Virus record (IMG/VR): IMGVR_UViG_3300032303_001407
Span: 1-30,113 of that record
DNA: 30,113 bases
Reading direction: 5' to 3' (one strand)
DNA from: a virus
Lineage: Duplodnaviria > Caudoviricetes
Shown: in pieces, positions 23,574 through 30,113 of the stretch
Numbering within the stretch: the first letter of the stretch is position 1
Layout of the letters: each line of letters begins with the position of its first letter
Made by a program: the position numbers and the translations under genes
The notes under the pieces: generated by a model
The model's input: only the letters and a program-made list of their open reading frames with translations
Told to the model about the DNA's origin: nothing
Database searches by the model: none

Positions 23574-24365
23574 TTATGCCCCCAAAATTTTCTTATATGT
23601 TGCAATATCAACAACACCTGTGACTGGCAACTTAGACTTTTTTTGAAAAGACTTAACAGCCTTATCGGTTACTGGTCCAAAATTTCCTTCTGCTGGTTCT
23701 ACACCAAGAGCCATCTGAATCTTCTTTACAGATGATCCTTTTGCACCAATTTTAAACGACTTAAATTCTTTTTTTGCAGCATTTGCAGGAGTTATAATTG
23801 TTGGCTTAGTTGGCGCATCTGATGATCCTACCTTAGAAAGAAGTGGAAGGTTTTCTTCACCAGCATATACTGGACGACCCCAACCAACAATAGCATTCAT
23901 TAACTTAGGCTTATTGTTCTTTACATATGCACGAGTCTTTTCTACACACATTCCTCCATTGCGCTGGTCTCCCTTTGCAGTTCCAGATGTATTCCCTTCA
24001 ATAACTTGGATTGTTCCATCACCGTTGTTTTTAATGCAAAGACCAACATGTGAAATGCGATTTACGCCATCATCTGGAAAATCAAAATAGATCCAGTCTC
24101 CAGGGGTTGGGTCATCGTTACGAGCATCTGCCCAACGACCATCCTTTTTAAACTGATCTGCTGCTGCTACTGTTGATGCAGACTTCGGAAACTTTGCTAC
24201 ACCTGCTGTCATCGCACACCAAGAAACAAATGACTGGCACCATGGTTGGAAGTTTACCTTCATCCATGCTCCATACTTTGTTTCATTGTCCTTTGGACCC
24301 TCAATCGTTCCAATTTCTTTCTTGGCAACCTCAATAATTGCTTCTACTGATCCTTTTACTGCCAT
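23574..24365 (-). CDS. Endolysin: CHAP domain plus peptidoglycan-binding domain
   Basis: PWCQSFVSWC, HVG, IEGNT; C-terminal V..IQ.ALG...G.FGP.T..AVK.FQ. Confidence 0.9.
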   Translation of the reverse strand: MAVKGSVEAIIEVAKKEIGTIEGPKDNETKYGAWMKVNFQPWCQSFVSWCAMTAGVAKFPKSASTVAAADQFKKDGRWADARNDDPTPGDWIYFDFPDDGVNRISHVGLCIKNNGDGTIQVIEGNTSGTAKGDQRNGGMCVEKTRAYVKNNKPKLMNAIVGWGRPVYAGEENLPLLSKVGSSDAPTKPTIITPANAAKKEFKSFKIGAKGSSVKKIQMALGVEPAEGNFGPVTDKAVKSFQKKSKLPVTGVVDIATYKKILGA

Positions 24366-24412
24366 CTTTCCTCCTATTGTTTATAACTAATTATACCACT
24401 TAGTAAATATTA

Positions 24413-25756
24413 CTATTTGGCATTTTTTACTAAATATTCTGCAACTACAGAGTAAAACTCATCTTCTGATATTCCAATGCTTGACCTTAATGCAGAATCT
24501 AAAGAGTTTTCATTTGATTTTGCAACAAACATTTTTGTAACCATTTCAAAATCATACTTATCAAATAAAGATTCAACAATAAGCATTCCTAATGAATACC
24601 CCATGCCATTTTTAAAACATGCTGTTCTATCTAGGTCAATTGTTTTTAATACGTCTACCCATTGCTGCTTGTTGTAGGTTTTAAACCCTGGATACATATT
24701 TGAAATTCTTTCAATTTCATTTTGTCTATTCTGTTTTACATCCATTGTTTTAGATGATATAGCAAGGCCAAGCGCATTTGCATGACCTTCTGTTATCCAG
24801 CATGTTGGATGAGGATTATTAAAAATTGATTTTTGATAAACATGAACTGCTTCATGGTTTATATTAATTTCATTATTATTATTAAATGTAGACTTTGATC
24901 CAATAAATGCATAAAAAAGTGCATATGGTACAGAGTTGGTTCCATACCCACAAAAAGACATACTTGTTATTGGGCAGTGCCCACTTGTCCACCAAGACAA
25001 GTCTGCAGAACTTCCCTCTAATGAAGCAGACGTTGACCTCCACCACTCGTAGTCTGATTCGCTAATTAGAACAATTGTTATATTTTTTGTTATAAAACTT
25101 GAATACAACTTAATGGATTCTTTATACTTTAATAATAGAGTGTCTGCAGCATCACGATTTACTGTTGGGCTATAAATAGCATTAATAGAAACATTGCTTT
25201 TATTAAAGTTTGATACTGATAGTGTTATTTTATTATAAAGTTTATCAATTTCTAAAATAGAGTTTTGATTATTGTTTGCTGTAGATGATCCATTAGATGT
25301 TATTGGTAACTTAATATTAAAATTTTGATGCCATTTTAATTTTCCATTTTGATCTTGCATGCATAGCAGTTCACCTTGGGAGTTACTAATTCTATCAAGT
25401 AATGTCGTGCACTCTGTCATATTCCTTGGATCAAGAGACACCTTTAGAATATTTGCTTCTTCAAGCGTCATGGTCTTTACTTCTTGTGTAGAATTAGTTA
25501 TTTCTGTTGATGACTTTGGTGCCTCTAATTCTTTTACAGTTTCTACCGTGCTTGTAGTAGGTTTTTCTTCTTTTACTACAGGTGGCTTTAGTGCTACAGT
25601 AGGAGCCCACCTATATACACCATTAATCTTTTTACAAGTAAAACCAGAAACCGTTTTATTTAATTTACTTTTTGGACATGCCTTTAGTGTAGAAGCATTA
25701 GTAAATTGAATTGGCAAAAATATAAAAATTAAAATAATAGCAAAAAACTTTTTCAT
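24413..25756 (-). CDS. Secreted protein with HExxH zincin-like motif
   Basis: Signal peptide; Cys-containing N-terminal repeats; HEAVHVYQ...WITEGHA. Confidence 0.7.
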   Translation of the reverse strand: MKKFFAIILIFIFLPIQFTNASTLKACPKSKLNKTVSGFTCKKINGVYRWAPTVALKPPVVKEEKPTTSTVETVKELEAPKSSTEITNSTQEVKTMTLEEANILKVSLDPRNMTECTTLLDRISNSQGELLCMQDQNGKLKWHQNFNIKLPITSNGSSTANNNQNSILEIDKLYNKITLSVSNFNKSNVSINAIYSPTVNRDAADTLLLKYKESIKLYSSFITKNITIVLISESDYEWWRSTSASLEGSSADLSWWTSGHCPITSMSFCGYGTNSVPYALFYAFIGSKSTFNNNNEININHEAVHVYQKSIFNNPHPTCWITEGHANALGLAISSKTMDVKQNRQNEIERISNMYPGFKTYNKQQWVDVLKTIDLDRTACFKNGMGYSLGMLIVESLFDKYDFEMVTKMFVAKSNENSLDSALRSSIGISEDEFYSVVAEYLVKNAK

Positions 25757-25758
25757 TT

Positions 25759-25941
25759 TTACTCCTTAATTTTAAAAACTACTTGGCAGGGATCTCCGCC
25801 ATTTTCCCATTCTTGGGCCTCTTCGTCAGTCATGTATGGATCGCCATCATGAGTGTTACAAAACGGCTCTGTAATCCATCCCCGTTCAATTCCATTGTTT
25901 AACCAAATATCAAACTCTGCATAATCTTCTTCTTTTAGCAT
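25759..25941 (-). CDS. Hypothetical protein
   Basis: FCNTHDG...GGDPC. Confidence 0.7.
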   Translation of the reverse strand: MLKEEDYAEFDIWLNNGIERGWITEPFCNTHDGDPYMTDEEAQEWENGGDPCQVVFKIKE

Positions 25942-25956
25942 AATATAAGTATAGTC

Positions 25957-26481
25957 TTAAATGCTAACTATGTCAACTGGACCCATGCAAGATGGGTTAA
26001 ATTTAATTGCTGCATTTACTGCTTGTAAAACTCTATTACGTGCATTTTTTTGTTTATCTGTTGCATACAAAACACCAAAAGCATATTCTGCTCCTGACCC
26101 CATAGCAAGATATGGAAGTGTGTACTTAGATAAAGACATATCAGCAGAACTATGTTCATAAATTTGTCCACGTACTGCAATTATTAAGCCAAGATCTCCA
26201 TCTTTAGAAGTATCAACCCAAAACTCATTATAAAATTCACGAAGTTCTTTAATAAACTTTGTTTGCATAAACTTATCTGTATCTTTAATATTTGGTGCAG
26301 TTGGTTTAAAGTTGTAGCGAATTCTTTCTCCATCCATTGCTCCTGCATATCCAATTAAGTATGGGCCTATTTTCCAAACTTTTGGTGCTTCTAAAGCAAG
26401 AATAGTTCCATCATCTGATGCGCCACGATCTCCAGCCATGTAAATTTTATCTTCATGTTTTACTACAGCAATACAAGTCAT
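25957..26481 (-). CDS. Ntn-hydrolase, proteasome-beta/HslV-like
   Basis: N-terminal M-T-C, AGD, K, YLAMGSGAEYA.G. Confidence 0.8.
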   Translation of the reverse strand: MTCIAVVKHEDKIYMAGDRGASDDGTILALEAPKVWKIGPYLIGYAGAMDGERIRYNFKPTAPNIKDTDKFMQTKFIKELREFYNEFWVDTSKDGDLGLIIAVRGQIYEHSSADMSLSKYTLPYLAMGSGAEYAFGVLYATDKQKNARNRVLQAVNAAIKFNPSCMGPVDIVSI

Positions 26482-26557
26482 GACAAAGCCCTCTCCAGAT
26501 AGATATACTTAAGTATACCATTGCCCAAAGAGGGCTGTCAACTAAGGTCAATAATGA

Positions 26558-26842
26558 CTAATTAGCCTTTTTATCTACCGTTTTAAATGCATCATTGATC
26601 TCTGTCAATGTGAGTTTTCCATCGTCCAAAAAAGCCCTTGCCAGTCTTTCAATTACTGTTGCTACGCCTAATAGTCCTGCTAAGAATACTGCCTGCATAG
26701 TATCAATTCCTACTACTGCTCCTGCTCCTAGAACTGATAGACCTGATGCTGCAAATACCGCAAGAATTCTCATCAAGATATTAGTGATTGCCTTTTGTGG
26801 GTGCTCCTTCTTGGGAGGCTCTACTATCTTTTTAGTTGCCAT
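26558..26842 (-). CDS. Membrane protein (two TM segments, holin-like)
   Basis: GGAGG SD; hydrophobic helices; DDGKLT..EIN. Confidence 0.65.
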   Translation of the reverse strand: MATKKIVEPPKKEHPQKAITNILMRILAVFAASGLSVLGAGAVVGIDTMQAVFLAGLLGVATVIERLARAFLDDGKLTLTEINDAFKTVDKKAN

Positions 26843-26844
26843 AT

Positions 26845-27072
26845 TTAGTCCTCCTTTCTTAGCGGGATTGTGATAAGCCATATAACTGTGGTTGCAAGCA
26901 CTGCAATACCAACAATGTCTCTTGCTGATCCCGTCAAAGTTAACCATGCAATAAAGAAGCCAAGGAGGGTAAATGCCTGTGCAATTAATTCCATTCCTGC
27001 ATCTCTAAACCATTTAACTAATCCCTTTAGCATTTTGCCTACTAGGTTGATGGCTTTATTGATTATTTTCAT
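26845..27072 (-). CDS. Membrane protein (two TM segments)
   Basis: AGGAGG SD; ATGA overlap. Confidence 0.7.
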   Translation of the reverse strand: MKIINKAINLVGKMLKGLVKWFRDAGMELIAQAFTLLGFFIAWLTLTGSARDIVGIAVLATTVIWLITIPLRKED

Positions 27073-29198
27073 TTGTTCCTCCTTATCATTGCCCCTGCAA
27101 TTTGTGATGCAATGACCACTGGGACAATTACTTCTTGTGCTTTTTCTCTCTGATCATCTGTCATATCCATACCTAACTCAGAGAAATTAGATAACAATTC
27201 TATTGGGTCAACCGAAAACACTGCTCCAAGCGGATCTGCTAAGAATGCTTCTGTTTGTACTTCTGTTGTTGCATCTGCTAATGTAAATGGCATCGGTGTG
27301 TCTCCTGCATCCCCTGCTCTTTCTGCGAACTCAACAAATGCTGATGCTACTGCAGGATCTGACTTCATTGCCTCTGCCACCTTTGCAACTTCTGCTGCAG
27401 AAATACCAAGGTTTTTTGCAACCTCTGATTTGGCTTCTTGCGTTAAAGACTTAAGTGTTTGACTTACTGCTGCTGTCTGTTCTACAGAAAGTTTAACTAA
27501 TTTGTTATCCCTGCTTGTAAGGTTTGCAATAATGCCAGATAAATCTTCTGCATTTCCTGTACCCTTTTGTGGGATCAATGCTGCTAACTCTGCATCCTTT
27601 ATAACTGGATCAATATTTTCTGCTGGTTTAAAGTCTGGTCTTGGTAATGGTTTTGTCTCAGGTGGCTCTGGAGTAGGCTCTGGCTTTGGTTGAGGGCTTG
27701 GGGTGGGTGTAGGCTTAGGCTCTTCTGGTTTTGGCTTATCAGTAGGCTCTGGCTTTGGCTTGTCTGTTGGTTCTGGTTTAGGTCCTGGCTCTGTAGGCTT
27801 TGGTCCTGGCTGTGTAGGCTTTGGTCCTGGTTCTTCTGTAGCAGTATTGTTAGTTGGCTTTGGTTCTGGCTTCTCTGTTGGTGGTGCGGAGGGCTTTGGC
27901 TTTTCTGGTTCAACAGTTGGCTTTGGGGAAGGTTCTGGTTTTGGTTGATTTGCTGCAGCGTTTGCTGCTGCTTGAGCAATTGCTCTTTGAATTTCTCTTT
28001 GTGACTGCTCATAATAGTAACGCCATGCGTCATCAATTGCACTGTTAACATCAAGTATTGCGTTATTAAAATTAGATATAGAATTATTTTTTTCAGATAA
28101 AGCATCTTCTGTATCATTAACAGCATTTTCATACTCAGATGTTTTATTAGTTAACTCTTGACTATATGAATTTAATGTTGCAACCTCTTGATTATAAATA
28201 TTTAATTTATCATTATATTCTTGCTGTGCTACATTCTTTAGAATTAATGCTGATTGATAATCTGCAGTCTGTGTTGCACTTGCTCCAGACCCAGAAGAAA
28301 ATGTATTTAAATTACAACTAAAGTTTTGTCCCCATACTCTTGGGCTTCCAGAATAATCACACCCTGCACCAGTCCATCCTCCAGGGATAGCCCAACCAAG
28401 ATGATAAGATCCTGGTCCTCCACCGTTGTACCACCAAATCTCTACATTTAATGCTTTCTCTTCACTGAAATCGTATGTCCGTGAATATGCACTCCATGTT
28501 GTTCCCTGCTCCCGCCAATTGTTTATTGCTAACTCTCCATTGATATACATTCTAAAACCATCATCTGTATATCCTGCAAAATATGTTGATGTAAACCATG
28601 AAGGAACTGTTATTTTGCCAGTAAATTTAACAATAAAATTCTGATACCGATTTCCGCAAACTGGTAGTTGCATATAGTTTGAATTCCAGGTACCACTGCA
28701 CAGCAATTGATCTGTGGCTGCTTGTCCATTAACTCTAATTAAACTGTAGACATCATATCTTAAACCAGAACCATCTGCGCCACTCAATGCTTCCTGGGCA
28801 GTTGATAGATTAATGTTGGCTAAATCAAGAGCATCTTTAGCATTATTCTTATTTGTTAGGGCAGTGGCTACTATTGCTGTCTGACCATCTACATTAGACT
28901 GAGCAAGATCTTTTGCTTCCAGTGCTAGGTCTTCTGCATCAACTGCATCATCATAATTTTTAATTCCTAGGTCTCTGACATCCCGTAGATTTTTAGCATA
29001 CATAAACTTATTCTCTGCTATATCAATTAGGTTGATTAGACCATCTTTGTAGTCTAATTTATCCACTGCGCTATTAAGGTTTTCAATTTGTTTTGCTGCT
29101 ACTGTTAAGGAATCGTCAGAGTGAGCATCTTGTGGGGATATTAATAGCCATCCAAAAGCCAATATTGACGCTATTATTGTACGTACTAGTCTTTTAAT
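27069..29198 (-). CDS. Large exported protein: coiled coil, PA14 domain, Pro-rich linker, C-terminal hydrophobic anchor
   Basis: FTGKITVP, TDDGFRMYING, NWREQG, WWYNGGG (PA14); PEP/KP repeats; start is either ATT 29198 or TTG 29162. Confidence 0.8.
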   Translation of the reverse strand: MKRLVRTIIASILAFGWLLISPQDAHSDDSLTVAAKQIENLNSAVDKLDYKDGLINLIDIAENKFMYAKNLRDVRDLGIKNYDDAVDAEDLALEAKDLAQSNVDGQTAIVATALTNKNNAKDALDLANINLSTAQEALSGADGSGLRYDVYSLIRVNGQAATDQLLCSGTWNSNYMQLPVCGNRYQNFIVKFTGKITVPSWFTSTYFAGYTDDGFRMYINGELAINNWREQGTTWSAYSRTYDFSEEKALNVEIWWYNGGGPGSYHLGWAIPGGWTGAGCDYSGSPRVWGQNFSCNLNTFSSGSGASATQTADYQSALILKNVAQQEYNDKLNIYNQEVATLNSYSQELTNKTSEYENAVNDTEDALSEKNNSISNFNNAILDVNSAIDDAWRYYYEQSQREIQRAIAQAAANAAANQPKPEPSPKPTVEPEKPKPSAPPTEKPEPKPTNNTATEEPGPKPTQPGPKPTEPGPKPEPTDKPKPEPTDKPKPEEPKPTPTPSPQPKPEPTPEPPETKPLPRPDFKPAENIDPVIKDAELAALIPQKGTGNAEDLSGIIANLTSRDNKLVKLSVEQTAAVSQTLKSLTQEAKSEVAKNLGISAAEVAKVAEAMKSDPAVASAFVEFAERAGDAGDTPMPFTLADATTEVQTEAFLADPLGAVFSVDPIELLSNFSELGMDMTDDQREKAQEVIVPVVIASQIAGAMIRRNK

Positions 29199-29257
29199 TT
29201 GCCTTTCCCCCTTAGAGACAAGATGTCTACTAGGATGATTATACCATTTTATTGCAC

Positions 29258-29290
29258 AAAAAAGGGGCTACCGTAATTGGTAACCCCTTT
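29258..29290. terminator. Intrinsic terminator (possibly bidirectional)
   Basis: AAAAAAGGGGCTACC-GTAATT-GGTAACCCCTTT. Confidence 0.65.
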
Positions 29291-29303
29291 AGTGTTGGAC
29301 TAA

Positions 29304-30110
29304 TTACTTAACTAAAGTAACCTTAGCCTTTGGATTCTTTGCATTCCACTGTTTAGCAAGTGCATTGAATGATGCCTTAAGATTTGCAATTGTAGCAGCA
29401 TTATCTGCAGTCAACTTAGCAATCTGTGCATCCTTAGCAACTACAACTGCATCGTGTGCAGTCTTTGCATCAGCAAGTGCCTTTGCAGAAGCAGCCTTCT
29501 CTGCTGCAAGAGCAGCATCTGAAGCAACCTTAGCAGTAGCAGCATCAGCGTTAGCCTTTACAACTGCAGCATCTGCAATAGCCTTAGCAGCAAGTGCTGC
29601 ATCCTTAGCAGCAACCTGTGCAGCAAGTTCTGATACTAGATCACGAACTGCAATTTCTGCAAATGGTGCAAGTGCACGAGCGGGAAGACCAACTACATCT
29701 GCAGTTGTTGCATCAGATGATGTTGTTGGTGCAAATGTGATTAGTGAGCGTGTTCCAGTTGTTGGAAGTGTTGCCTTAAATGTAGCAACTCCAAAGTCTG
29801 AAAGTGTAGCGCCAGTTGTTGCTGTTGCTGTATCTAGTGTTGCTGTAGCAGCAAATACTGTTGCAGTAATTGACTTACCTGATACCTTGTTACCAAATGT
29901 ATCTGTTGCAGTTACTGTAATATCTTGCTTTGTACCAGCAGCACCAGCAGCAGGAGCAGATACTGTAAGATTATTAATCTTACCAGCAGTTCCCTGTACG
30001 TAGTATGTAAGTTGTGTTCCACCATTGGTGATTACAACTGTACCAATTGCTGTTGTCTTTGTGTAGACATAAAATGTTGCTGTTGTTCCTGTACCAGTTG
30101 CAACTGTCAA
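29304..30110 (-). CDS. Ala/Thr-rich surface-type protein with Ig-like beta region and Ala-rich coiled coil, 3' part (truncated by window edge)
   Basis: ITVTATDTFGN.V...G.ATF Ig-like motif; Ala/Lys-rich helix. Confidence 0.7.
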   Translation of the reverse strand: MTVATGTGTTATFYVYTKTTAIGTVVITNGGTQLTYYVQGTAGKINNLTVSAPAAGAAGTKQDITVTATDTFGNKVSGKSITATVFAATATLDTATATTGATLSDFGVATFKATLPTTGTRSLITFAPTTSSDATTADVVGLPARALAPFAEIAVRDLVSELAAQVAAKDAALAAKAIADAAVVKANADAATAKVASDAALAAEKAASAKALADAKTAHDAVVVAKDAQIAKLTADNAATIANLKASFNALAKQWNAKNPKAKVTLVK

Positions 30111-30113
30111 AGA

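Noticed and set aside
27655-27945. Tandem DNA repeats and Trp/Gly-rich alternative-frame ORFs
   Set aside because: Explained by the Pro/Glu/Lys-rich linker of the PA14 protein; the other frames are shadows
29365-30003. 212-aa + strand ORF
   Set aside because: Antisense shadow of the Ala-rich gene (GCA/GCT codons give few stops)

Overview
A 30 kb segment of a large, AT-rich tailed phage, most likely infecting Actinobacteria. The host inference rests on a WhiB regulator, many leaderless genes and surface proteins resembling those of freshwater actinobacteria. Bases 1-5.5 kb are an early-type region of small + strand genes (DUF932 protein, tRNA-Asp) with sigma70-like promoters, CRP-like boxes and repeated small RNA pseudoknots. 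Bases 5.5-6.4 kb look like a replication origin, with bipartite direct repeats, divergent promoters and two perfect DnaA boxes. Bases 6.4-13.65 kb hold Cys-rich microproteins, a HAD phosphatase, a CDGSH mini-protein, several 2OG-Fe(II) dioxygenases and eight more tRNAs, including a rare Ile(UAU). From 13.65 kb the genes are almost all on the - strand: thioredoxin, a modular Cys-rich protein, Dps, Hsp20 with a ROSE-like 5' UTR, a PnuC-like gene beside a kinase-nucleotidyltransferase fusion, WhiB, thermonuclease, an LLM oxidoreductase, a CHAP endolysin, an Ntn-hydrolase and large surface-type proteins. The strongest unexplained signal is a recurrent, covarying H-type pseudoknot (stem-CTRRGCAN-stem-AAAC-TGCYY) found mostly at gene 3' ends. 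All calls come from reading motifs by eye; no database searches were run.
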